Source: a virus (taxonomy: Duplodnaviria; Heunggongvirae; Uroviricota; Caudoviricetes). From it: 36,117 nt of DNA. Where the stretch lies: positions 1 through 36,117 of IMG/VR virus record IMGVR_UViG_2563366924_000002. The stretch is one strand, 5' to 3'. Position numbers and translations under genes: made by a program. The notes under the pieces were generated by a model. The model was not told the DNA's origin. It saw only the letters and a program-made list of their open reading frames with translations, and ran no database searches. How positions within the stretch are numbered: the stretch's first letter is position 1; each line of letters begins with the position of its first letter. This document shows positions 15,822-24,257 of this stretch, piece by piece.

Positions 15822-17557
15822 TGGCTAAGGTTGCAGAAGGCATCCGCTATGCCGAGAGGGTGGTGGCGGGGGAAATTATTGCCTGTGAGTATGTGCGCCT
15901 TGCCTGCCAGCGTTTTCTTGACGATCTGGCACACGGCGAAGAGCGCGGTATTTTCTTCAGTGAGCCGCGCGCGCAGCACATTCTGAATTTCTATAATTTT
16001 GTTCCTCACGTAAAAGGCGCCCTGGCAGGCCAGCCTATTGAGCTGATGGACTGGCATGTTTTCATCCTGATTAATATTTTTGGTTTTGTTATCCCGCTGG
16101 TGAACGAAGAGACGGGGGAAACCGTCCTGCGTAACGACGGCAGCGGTCGGCCGGTGATGGTTCGGCGTTTCCGTACAGCAGATGTTGAGGTGGCCCGTAA
16201 AAATGCCAAATCAACACTTTGCTCAGGTGTGGGGCTCTATATGGCTGGCGCTGACGGCGAGGGCGGGGCGGAGGTTTATTCCGCTGCAACCACCCGTGAC
16301 CAGGCGCGAATTGTTTTTGAAGACGCGAAAAATATGGTCAAGAAGGCGAAAGCCACTCTTGGGCGGATCTTCGAATTCAACAAGCTCGCTATCTACCAGG
16401 AGCAAACGGCCTCCAAATTCGAGCCTTTATCATCAGATGCGAACAACCTCGACGGCCTGAACATCCACTGTGCCATCGTCGACGAGCTGCATGCCCATAA
16501 AACGCGTGACGTATGGGACGTTCTGGAGACGGCCACCGGCGCGCGCCTGCAATCGCTGCTTTTCGGTATCACCACCGCTGGTTTCAACAAAGAAGGTATC
16601 TGTTACGAATTGCGTGATTACGCAATCAAGGTCCTGCGCGGCCTGGTTAAAGACGATACGTTTTTTGCCATCATCTACACCTTAGATGAAGGTGACGATC
16701 CCTTTGATGAAAAAGTCTGGCAGAAGGCGAATCCTGGGCTGGGTATCTGTAAGCGCTGGGATGACCTGCGCCGCCTGGCTAAAAAGGCGAAAGAGCAGGT
16801 TTCGGCCAGGATTAACTTTTTCACCAAACACATGAATATCTGGGTTGCCGCTGAGTCTGCCTGGATGGACATGATGAAATGGGAAAAATGCGAGTTTATC
16901 GCCCCGCAGCACGAACTTAAAACCTATCCCTCCTGGGTGGGCGTTGACCTTTCAAACAAAATTGATATCTGTGCAGCCGCTAAAGTCTGGCGGGCGCCAG
17001 ATGGCCACGTTCATGCGGATTTCAAATTCTGGCTACCGGAAGGACGCCTTGAGAAATGTTCACGCCAGATGGCAGAGCTCTATCGTAAGTGGGCCGGGAT
17101 GGACAAGCTGATCCTTACCGACGGTGATGTAATCGACCATGCTCAGATTAAGGAAGAGCTACAGCTGTGGGTTGCTGGCGAGAGTCTGAAAGAAATTGGC
17201 TTCGACCCGTGGAGTGCGACGCAGTTCAGCCTTGCGCTGGCAGAAGAAGGGTTGCCGCTGGTGGAAGTGCCGCAGACGGTTCGCAATTTCTCTGAGGCGA
17301 TGAAAGAGGTCGAAGCGCTGGTATACGGTGGCCGCTTCCATCACAGCGATCACCCGGTGATGAACTGGATGATGTCCAACGTAACCGTCAAACCTGACCG
17401 GAACGAGAACATTTTCCCGAATAAGCCCACACCAGAGGCCAAAATTGATGGCCCTGCGGCCTTGTTCACAGCAATGAGCCGCGTTCTGGTTAACGGTGGT
17501 AACGACCAGCAGGATCTCTCCGGATTCTTCAATAATCCCATCATGGTAGGTTTCTGA
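15821..17557 (+). CDS. Terminase large subunit
   Basis: 578 aa; Walker-type ATPase N-terminal region and nuclease C-terminal region; precedes the portal gene. Confidence 0.9.
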   Translation: MAKVAEGIRYAERVVAGEIIACEYVRLACQRFLDDLAHGEERGIFFSEPRAQHILNFYNFVPHVKGALAGQPIELMDWHVFILINIFGFVIPLVNEETGETVLRNDGSGRPVMVRRFRTADVEVARKNAKSTLCSGVGLYMAGADGEGGAEVYSAATTRDQARIVFEDAKNMVKKAKATLGRIFEFNKLAIYQEQTASKFEPLSSDANNLDGLNIHCAIVDELHAHKTRDVWDVLETATGARLQSLLFGITTAGFNKEGICYELRDYAIKVLRGLVKDDTFFAIIYTLDEGDDPFDEKVWQKANPGLGICKRWDDLRRLAKKAKEQVSARINFFTKHMNIWVAAESAWMDMMKWEKCEFIAPQHELKTYPSWVGVDLSNKIDICAAAKVWRAPDGHVHADFKFWLPEGRLEKCSRQMAELYRKWAGMDKLILTDGDVIDHAQIKEELQLWVAGESLKEIGFDPWSATQFSLALAEEGLPLVEVPQTVRNFSEAMKEVEALVYGGRFHHSDHPVMNWMMSNVTVKPDRNENIFPNKPTPEAKIDGPAALFTAMSRVLVNGGNDQQDLSGFFNNPIMVGF

Positions 17558-18861
17558 TGAAAAAAAACAAACAGCCAGGCAGGGTGAAAAGCGCTCTGCT
17601 TAACTGGCTTGGTGTGCCTATCAGCCTGACTACCGGCACGTTCTGGGAGGAATGGTTTGGTACCAGCAGCAGCGGAAAGGTGGTCACGGCCGATAAAGCC
17701 ATCCAGCTATCGGCTGTGTGGGCATGCGTAAGGCTGTTAAGCGAGTCTATTTCAACCCTTCCGCTGAAAATATACGTTCAACAGCCTGACGGTTCGCGTA
17801 AAGCGGCAACCGACCACCCGGCTTATTCTGTACTGTGTCGCCGTCCCAATTCAGAAATGACTCCATCACGCTTTATGCTGATGGTGGTTGCCAGTATTTG
17901 CCTGCGCGGGAACGCCTTCATTGAGAAGAAATTCATCGCAAATCGCCTGGTTTCGCTGGTGCCTTTGCTGCCGCAGAACATGGTGGTTAAACGTCTTACT
18001 ACCGGGGCGCTGGAATACAAATACACTGAAAACGGTAACGAGCGCGTCATTCCCGTCAAAAACATCATGCACATTCGCGGGTTCGGCCTGGATGGCGTTT
18101 GCGGCATGATGCCGATGAAGACTGGCCGGGATGTGATCGGTGCCGCGATGGCTGTTGAAGAATCTGCGGCAAAGATTTTTGAACAGGGGCTTCAGAGTTC
18201 AGGTTTTCTCTCCGCTGAAAATGCTCTCAGTGATGAACAACGTGAAAGGCTTCGCGGCTACATGGCTGCATTTACCGGCTCTAAAAATGCCGGAAAGATT
18301 ATGGTACTTGAAGGCGGGTTAAAGTATCAGGGCGTCACCATGAACCCTGAAGATGCCCAGATGCTGGAAAGCCGTTCTTTCAGTATTGAGGAAATTTGTC
18401 GCTGGTTTCGCGTGCCTCCTTTCATGGTCGGTCATACCACGAAACAAAGCAGCTGGGCATCCAGTCTTGAGGGGATGAACCTGCAGTTCCTGACGCATAC
18501 CCTTCGACCGCTGCTGGTAAATATTGAGCAGGAAATTGACCGGTGCTTACTCGACAGCGATGATGACGTGTTTGCAGAGTTCTCCGTTGAAGGTCTACTG
18601 CGAGCCGATAGTGCCGGTCGCGCGGCATACTATACCAGCGCGCTTCAAAATGGCTGGATGTCCCGTAATGACGTTCGTCGTCTTGAGAACATGCCGCCAA
18701 TTGAAGGGGGCGATATTTACACCGTTCAGCTCAACCTGACGCAACTGAAAAATATCGAAAGCAGCAATCCTGCTGTTCAGGCTCTGGCCCTGAGAGAACT
18801 GCATAACCACGTATTCCCCGATATTTCCTTTGAACAATCTCCGCTGAAACAGGCCGCTTAG
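17557..18861 (+). CDS. Portal protein (HK97 family)
   Basis: 434 aa; position between terminase and prohead protease; resembles HK97-type portals. Confidence 0.9.
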   Translation: MKKNKQPGRVKSALLNWLGVPISLTTGTFWEEWFGTSSSGKVVTADKAIQLSAVWACVRLLSESISTLPLKIYVQQPDGSRKAATDHPAYSVLCRRPNSEMTPSRFMLMVVASICLRGNAFIEKKFIANRLVSLVPLLPQNMVVKRLTTGALEYKYTENGNERVIPVKNIMHIRGFGLDGVCGMMPMKTGRDVIGAAMAVEESAAKIFEQGLQSSGFLSAENALSDEQRERLRGYMAAFTGSKNAGKIMVLEGGLKYQGVTMNPEDAQMLESRSFSIEEICRWFRVPPFMVGHTTKQSSWASSLEGMNLQFLTHTLRPLLVNIEQEIDRCLLDSDDDVFAEFSVEGLLRADSAGRAAYYTSALQNGWMSRNDVRRLENMPPIEGGDIYTVQLNLTQLKNIESSNPAVQALALRELHNHVFPDISFEQSPLKQAA

Positions 18862-18874
18862 GAGCACTTTCCTG

Positions 18875-19723
18875 ATGAGCAAAAAACAACTTCCGGTAGC
18901 ACCGGCGGGTCGCCCATGCGCGCGCGTTACCTGTGAAACATTACCGTCCGCACTGGACCGCTGGGACGGCGGGATCAAAGCGGCGGCCACCGACGATAAC
19001 AGTATTTCTGTTTTTGATGTTATCGGGCAGGACTACTGGGGCGAAGGGGTAACAGCTAAACGTATTGCTGGTGCGCTTCGGGCTATGAACGGCGCCGACG
19101 TCACGGTGAATATCAACTCACCGGGCGGCGACATGTTCGAAGGTCTGGCTATTTATAACCTGCTCCGCGAATACGAAGGCCGTGTCACGGTGAAGGTGCT
19201 GGGCATTGCCGCCAGCGCCGCCTCGATAATTGCGATGGCCGGGGATGATATTCAGATTGGCCGCGGTGCCTTCCTGATGATCCACAACTGCTGGGTATAT
19301 GCGATGGGAAACCGCCATGATTTTGCAGAACTGGCACAGTCACTGGAACCCTTCGATACCGCTATGGCTGACATCTACGCGGCGCGCTCCGGCCTTGATA
19401 TGGTAGCCGTTCAGAAACTGATGGACGCCGAGAGTTATATCGGTGGCAGTGACGCTGTGGCGAAGGGACTGGCAGACAGCCTGCTTTCTGCTGATGCGGT
19501 CAGCGACGGCGACGAATCGCCTGCAGCCGCGCTTCGCAAACTTGATGCATTGCTGGCTAAAACCAACACCCCGCGCTCTGAGCGCAGAAAACTCATTAAA
19601 GCCGTATCCGGTGGCATGCCTGGCGCTGTCACCACCCACGACGGTACGCCGGGCGCTGCCGAAGATATCAAACCTGAAACCCTCAATTCACTTGAAAGCG
19701 CTCTTGCGGCGTTAGTCAAATAA
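18875..19723 (+). CDS. Prohead maturation protease (ClpP-like, S14 family)
   Basis: ClpP-like motif NINSPGGDMFEGLAIYNLL; Ser-His catalytic context. Confidence 0.9.
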   Translation: MSKKQLPVAPAGRPCARVTCETLPSALDRWDGGIKAAATDDNSISVFDVIGQDYWGEGVTAKRIAGALRAMNGADVTVNINSPGGDMFEGLAIYNLLREYEGRVTVKVLGIAASAASIIAMAGDDIQIGRGAFLMIHNCWVYAMGNRHDFAELAQSLEPFDTAMADIYAARSGLDMVAVQKLMDAESYIGGSDAVAKGLADSLLSADAVSDGDESPAAALRKLDALLAKTNTPRSERRKLIKAVSGGMPGAVTTHDGTPGAAEDIKPETLNSLESALAALVK

Positions 19724-19732
19724 GGACCCTTT

Positions 19733-20953
19733 ATGTCTGAAGTAAACGAAATTCTGAAAAAAGTCACTGCCAGCATTGAAGAGGCAACCGGCAAATTCAA
19801 CGCGAAAGCAGAAGACGCACTCAAAGAGGCGCAGAAGTCAGGCAGGCTGTCAGAAGAAACAAAAGCTGCCGTTGATAAAATGGCTTCTGAGTTCAATGCG
19901 CTGCGTGAAGCTGAAAAAACCATGAAGGCCGCAATGGGCGAACTGGAGCAACATGTTGCCCAGATGCCGCTGGCCAACGCTGCAAAGGTGATCGAGACCG
20001 TTGGCCAGACCGTCATCAGCAGCGAAGCACTGAAAGCATTCGCGGCAAGCGTGGAAGGCGGTAAGCGCGTCAGCGTACCGGTGAACGCCGCGCTTATTTC
20101 CACGGATGTCGTCACCGGCGTGGTTGAACCGCAGCGTCTGCCGGGTATCGACACCGCACCGAAACAGCGCCTTTTCATCCGCGATCTGATCGCGCCTGGC
20201 CGCACCTCAGCACCGGCCATCTTCTGGGTGCAGCAAACCGGCTTCACCAATGCGGCGAAAGTTGTGCCGGAAGGCACCGCCAAGCCGTACAGCGATATCC
20301 AGTTCGCCACGCAGATCACGCCGGTCACCACCATCGCGCACATGTTCAAGGCGTCCAAACAGATTCTGGATGACTTCGCGCAGCTGCAGTCCACTATCGA
20401 CGCCGAGATGCGTTACGGACTGAAGTATGTGGAAGAACAGGAAATTCTCTTTGGCGACGGTACCGGTGCGCACCTGAAAGGCATCGTGCCGCAGGCCTCG
20501 GCGTACGATGCTGCGTTCGCCGTAGAACAACAGAACGGCATCGACGATCTGCGCCTCGCAATGCTGCAGGCTCAGCTGGCACGCTTCCCGGCTTCCGGCC
20601 ACGTCCTGCACTTCATCGACTGGGCGAAGATTGAACTCACCAAAGACACGCTGGGCCGCTATATCCTGGCGAACCCAGCGGCCCTGACTGGTCCTACCCT
20701 TTGGGGCCTGCCGGTGGTAGCAACCGAAGCCGCAGCATTCCAGGGCAATTTCCTGACCGGTGCATTCAACGCTGCGGCACAGCTGTTTGACCGTGAAGAC
20801 GCCAACGTGGTGATCTCCACTGAGAACGCCGACGACTTTGAGAAAAACATGATCTCGATTCGCTGCGAAGAGCGTCTGGCCCTGGCGGTGAAACGCCCTG
20901 AAGCGTTCATCTACGGCTCCTTCACTGCGCCTGCAGCAGGTGGCGGCGCGTAA
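19733..20953 (+). CDS. Major capsid protein (HK97 fold family)
   Basis: 406 aa; N-terminal coiled-coil-like delta domain followed by capsid domain; follows the protease. Confidence 0.9.
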   Translation: MSEVNEILKKVTASIEEATGKFNAKAEDALKEAQKSGRLSEETKAAVDKMASEFNALREAEKTMKAAMGELEQHVAQMPLANAAKVIETVGQTVISSEALKAFAASVEGGKRVSVPVNAALISTDVVTGVVEPQRLPGIDTAPKQRLFIRDLIAPGRTSAPAIFWVQQTGFTNAAKVVPEGTAKPYSDIQFATQITPVTTIAHMFKASKQILDDFAQLQSTIDAEMRYGLKYVEEQEILFGDGTGAHLKGIVPQASAYDAAFAVEQQNGIDDLRLAMLQAQLARFPASGHVLHFIDWAKIELTKDTLGRYILANPAALTGPTLWGLPVVATEAAAFQGNFLTGAFNAAAQLFDREDANVVISTENADDFEKNMISIRCEERLALAVKRPEAFIYGSFTAPAAGGGA

Positions 20954-20994
20954 TCCTTAACGGCGGCCTGCGGGCCGCTTTCACAGGTGGGAAA

Positions 20995-21207
20995 ATGAAA
21001 CTGATCGCACTCAAACCGATTTATTTCGGCGGTACCGTCGTTACTGAAGGGCTTCCGCTGGAAACTCTGGAACAGCACGGGCGCGAGCTCATCAAGAAAG
21101 GTTATGCGAAGCTCGAAGAATCAGAAAATCCTGCAAAGCAGGAACAGCAGCAGGAACAGCAGCAGGAACAGCCGGAATTAAAAGCGGAAAAGAAGGCGAA
21201 AAAATAA
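20995..21207 (+). CDS. Small hypothetical protein with Glu/Gln-rich repeat (70 aa)
   Basis: ORF after capsid; contains tandem caggaacagcag repeats encoding QEQQQEQQQEQ. Confidence 0.5.
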   Translation: MKLIALKPIYFGGTVVTEGLPLETLEQHGRELIKKGYAKLEESENPAKQEQQQEQQQEQPELKAEKKAKK

Positions 21208-21533
21208 TGGTCGATCTTGATGTGGTGAAACAGCACTGCCGCATTGATACCGATTTTTCCGGAGACGATGCCCTGCTGACTTTATACACCGGTGCGGCGG
21301 AGCGTTACGTCCAGACATGGACAAGGCGAACGCTCTATGAAAACCAAAGCTCCCCTGGCTACGCAGACGACCAGGACCCGATTCTACTGAATGATGATGT
21401 TAAAGCGGCCATGTTATTGCTGATAGGTCACTGGTATGCCAACAGAGAATCAGTTGCCATCGGTCAGACCGTTGCAGAGGTCCCGTTTGCAGTTGAAGCC
21501 TTGCTGCAGCCATACCGAATTTACGGTGTATAG
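21207..21533 (+). CDS. Head-tail connector protein (gp6-like)
   Basis: 108 aa; position and resemblance to gp6-type connector proteins. Confidence 0.7.
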   Translation: MVDLDVVKQHCRIDTDFSGDDALLTLYTGAAERYVQTWTRRTLYENQSSPGYADDQDPILLNDDVKAAMLLLIGHWYANRESVAIGQTVAEVPFAVEALLQPYRIYGV

Positions 21534-21542
21534 GAGGACTTT

Positions 21543-21881
21543 ATGCAGGCCGGAAGACTGAGAGACAGGGTGGTGGTTCAGAACATCACAACATCCAGAG
21601 ATCCTTCTGGCCAGCCGGTTGAAACATGGCATGACGGCGCAGAAACCTGGGCAGAAGTAAAGGGCATTAGTGGGCGCGAGCTGGTAGCCGCTGGTGCTGA
21701 AACCGCAGTCGCCACTATCAGGGTATGGACACGATTTCGTAGCGATATAACTGCTGCGTCCAGACTCAGGGTTATGACTGGCCCGTTCAAGGGCGCCATT
21801 TTGAATATCATTGGTCCGCCAATCCCTGATTCTCGTGGTATTCAACTCGAAATTCTTTGCAAACAGGGTACCGAAAAATGA
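21543..21881 (+). CDS. Head closure / head-tail adaptor protein
   Basis: 112 aa; position in the connector cluster. Confidence 0.65.
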   Translation: MQAGRLRDRVVVQNITTSRDPSGQPVETWHDGAETWAEVKGISGRELVAAGAETAVATIRVWTRFRSDITAASRLRVMTGPFKGAILNIIGPPIPDSRGIQLEILCKQGTEK

Positions 21882-22327
21882 TTGATACGAGGCTCGATTT
21901 TTCCGGGCTGAATGACATCGCAAAGGATCTGGATGCGCTTAGCCGCGCAGAAAACAATAAGGTTCTGCGTGATGCCACGCGCGCCGGCGCCGAAGTGCTT
22001 AAGGAAGAAGTGATCGCCCGCGCTCCGGTGCGTACCGGGAAACTGAAAAAAAACGTGGTGGTGGTGACCCAAAAAAGCCGTCGCCGCGGGGAAATTTCTT
22101 CCGGCGTCCATATTCGTGGCGTTAACCCGCGCACCGGCAACAGCGATAACACGATGAAGGCTAATAACCCGAGAAACGCCTTTTACTGGCGCTTTGTGGA
22201 GCTTGGCACTGCGAACATGCCTGCGCATCCTTTTGTGCGACCCGCTTACGATACGCGCGAGGAAGAGGCCGCCAGCGTCGCCATTGCCAGGATGAATCAG
22301 GCTATTGATGAGGTGCTGAGCAAGTGA
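21878..22327 (+). CDS. HK97 gp10-family tail component
   Basis: About 150 aa; start overlaps the upstream stop (ATGA); position. Confidence 0.65.
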   Translation: MIDTRLDFSGLNDIAKDLDALSRAENNKVLRDATRAGAEVLKEEVIARAPVRTGKLKKNVVVVTQKSRRRGEISSGVHIRGVNPRTGNSDNTMKANNPRNAFYWRFVELGTANMPAHPFVRPAYDTREEEAASVAIARMNQAIDEVLSK

Positions 22328-22671
22328 ATGAAGATAATATCTACGCCTTGCTTTCTACCCTGGCAGAGGGACGGGTATACCCCTATGTTGCGCCATTAGG
22401 TAGTGACGGGAAACCGTCTGTCTCTCCACCATGGATTATCTTTTCCATCGTCGATGATGTTTCCGCTGACGTACTGTGTGGCCAGGCAGAGAGCAGGGTT
22501 TCCGTTCAGGTCGATGTGTATTCAACGACCATAAAAGAATCACGCTCTCTGAGAGATTTGGCGCTCTCTTCGCTTAAGCCGTTAAACCCTACAGAGGTGG
22601 TAAAAATCCACGGATACGAGCCAGACCGTCGGCTCTACCGTGCCACCCTGGATTTTAAAGTTACCCCCTGA
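22324..22671 (+). CDS. Tail completion / tail terminator protein
   Basis: 115 aa; last gene before the major tail protein. Confidence 0.55.
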   Translation: MNEDNIYALLSTLAEGRVYPYVAPLGSDGKPSVSPPWIIFSIVDDVSADVLCGQAESRVSVQVDVYSTTIKESRSLRDLALSSLKPLNPTEVVKIHGYEPDRRLYRATLDFKVTP

Positions 22672-22689
22672 CAATTAATTCACCCAACG

Positions 22690-22716
22690 AGCCCGCTAAT
22701 GGCGGGTTTTCTTTTT
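22690..22716 (+). terminator. Hairpin plus T-run immediately upstream of the major tail gene
   Basis: Stem cccgc/gcggg, loop taatg, then TTTTCTTTTT. Confidence 0.45.
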
Positions 22717-22729
22717 CCAGGAGACAGAT

Positions 22730-23194
22730 ATGTCTGCACTTTATGAAAAATCGCAGCTGACGAAGATCCTTATTTCCTCCCTGCCAGCCACCAAAGAAAC
22801 GATGGATTCAGCAACCTTCCTCGATCTGAGTTGCACCATCAAAGAAATTCAGTTCACCGGTGGTCAGAAGCAGGATATCGACGTAACAACACTTTGCTCT
22901 ACCGAGCAGGAGAACATCAACGGCCTGTCTTCTCCGTCAGAAATCTCTCTGTCCGGCAACTTCTACAAGAATCCGGCGCAGGACGCCTTGCGTGAAGCGT
23001 ATGACAACGATACGACCTACGCGTTCCAGGTTATCTTCCCGTCCGGCAAGGGCTTTAAGTTCCTGGCTGAAATCCGCCAGCACACCTGGTCTTCCGGTAC
23101 CAACGGCGTAGTGGCGGCAACGTTCTCCCTGCGCCTGAAAGGTAAGCCTGAAAACATCGAGCTGGCTCCTGAGAGGTCTCATGAAGAATATTAA
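22730..23194 (+). CDS. Major tail (tube) protein
   Basis: 154 aa; precedes the tail assembly chaperone pair and tape measure. Confidence 0.7.
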   Translation: MSALYEKSQLTKILISSLPATKETMDSATFLDLSCTIKEIQFTGGQKQDIDVTTLCSTEQENINGLSSPSEISLSGNFYKNPAQDALREAYDNDTTYAFQVIFPSGKGFKFLAEIRQHTWSSGTNGVVAATFSLRLKGKPENIELAPERSHEEY

Positions 23195-23564
23195 AAATCT
23201 CGCCCTGGCTAAGATGTCGGGATTTCGTCATAAGACGGTCGCCGTTCCTGAGTGGGAAGGCGTCAAAGTGGTTCTCCGTGAGCCGTCAGGTGAAGCCTGG
23301 CTGCGCTGGCAGGAAGTGGTGAAAGCGGGTGCTGATGATGAAAATGTGTCAGTATCGGAAAAGGCACACCGTAATCTTTGCGCTGACGTGGTGCTCTTCA
23401 TTGACGTTCTGTGTGACACCGATAAGCAGCCGGTATTCAGCGTAGACGAAGAAGAGCAGGTGCGTGAAATCTACGGCCCCGTCCATTCACGCCTGCTCAA
23501 ACAGGCGCTTGACCTGATCAACAACGCGGACGAAGCGCGGGAAAAGTCTCAACCCCCGGCGTAA
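23181..23564 (+). CDS. Tail assembly chaperone (lambda gpG analogue)
   Basis: 127 aa acidic protein directly upstream of tape measure; -1 frame ORF overlaps its 3-prime end. Confidence 0.7.
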   Translation: MKNIKNLALAKMSGFRHKTVAVPEWEGVKVVLREPSGEAWLRWQEVVKAGADDENVSVSEKAHRNLCADVVLFIDVLCDTDKQPVFSVDEEEQVREIYGPVHSRLLKQALDLINNADEAREKSQPPA

Positions 23565-23572
23565 AGTTTCTG

Positions 23573-23851
23573 ATGTCGCTTGCGCTCCGTATGGGGCGCA
23601 CGCTCTCAGAGCTTCGACAGAATATGACGGCAAGCGAGCTTCTGATGTGGATTGAGTACGACAGGCAAAGTCCGGTTGGCGATATCCGTGGCGACATTCA
23701 GGCAGCCCAGCTCGTCTCTGCCATCTACGGCTCGCAGGGGGCAAAAGTACCGCTGGACGATGCGATCCTGCGCTGGGGTGGTGATGAGCAATCAGAACCG
23801 AAGGACCCGTTTGCAGGGCTTGAGGCTGCACTTACAGCTGCAACTCAGTGA
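23573..23851 (+). CDS. Tail assembly chaperone, frameshift-extension part (lambda gpT analogue)
   Basis: Open in the -1 frame relative to the G-like gene from upstream of that gene's stop; likely made as a G-T fusion. Confidence 0.6.
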   Translation: MSLALRMGRTLSELRQNMTASELLMWIEYDRQSPVGDIRGDIQAAQLVSAIYGSQGAKVPLDDAILRWGGDEQSEPKDPFAGLEAALTAATQ

Positions 23852-23904
23852 CAAATGAACTACAAAATAATAGGATTATTTTTTTTAATGATTTGGTGAA
23901 GGCA

Positions 23905-24198
23905 ATGAAAAAACTAGTCTTATTTGTATTATTTTTTGGTTTCAGTTGTGTTTCAAATGCAACTCAAACACTGGCTCCATTAGAACCAAATGAGTTGCAA
24001 AGCTATACGTCTACGATTTGCTCTGATCATGCAAATCCTGAATTGTGTAAAAAGGCTTTTTTTAAATTCATGGGCTATATAAAAACAAACGATGATTACT
24101 ACTATTTCTGTCAAAAGCAAAAAGAGGCAGGGATGACGATTAATAAAGATTCATGCAATAAATCGGAAGCTCTGAGAGAATTTTTAGACAAGCCATGA
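23905..24198 (+). CDS. Moron: small secreted Cys-containing protein (98-aa precursor with Sec signal peptide)
   Basis: Signal peptide MKKLVLFVLFFGFSCVSNA; strongly AT-rich; own terminator; inserted between the chaperone and tape measure genes. Confidence 0.6.
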   Translation: MKKLVLFVLFFGFSCVSNATQTLAPLEPNELQSYTSTICSDHANPELCKKAFFKFMGYIKTNDDYYYFCQKQKEAGMTINKDSCNKSEALREFLDKP

Positions 24199-24214
24199 GG
24201 TTTATATCACAACA

Positions 24215-24242
24215 AAAAGCCCGTTGATGGGCTTTTTTTTTC
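24215..24242 (+). terminator. Rho-independent terminator after the moron
   Basis: Hairpin agcccgttgatgggct followed by a run of nine T. Confidence 0.6.
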
Positions 24243-24257
24243 GCCTGGAGAAAATTG

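Noticed and set aside
19435-20394. 319-aa minus-strand ORF antisense to the protease and capsid genes
   Set aside because: Ala/Ser/Thr-rich low-complexity translation typical of an open antisense frame in GC-rich coding DNA; fully overlapped by the strongly supported capsid gene.
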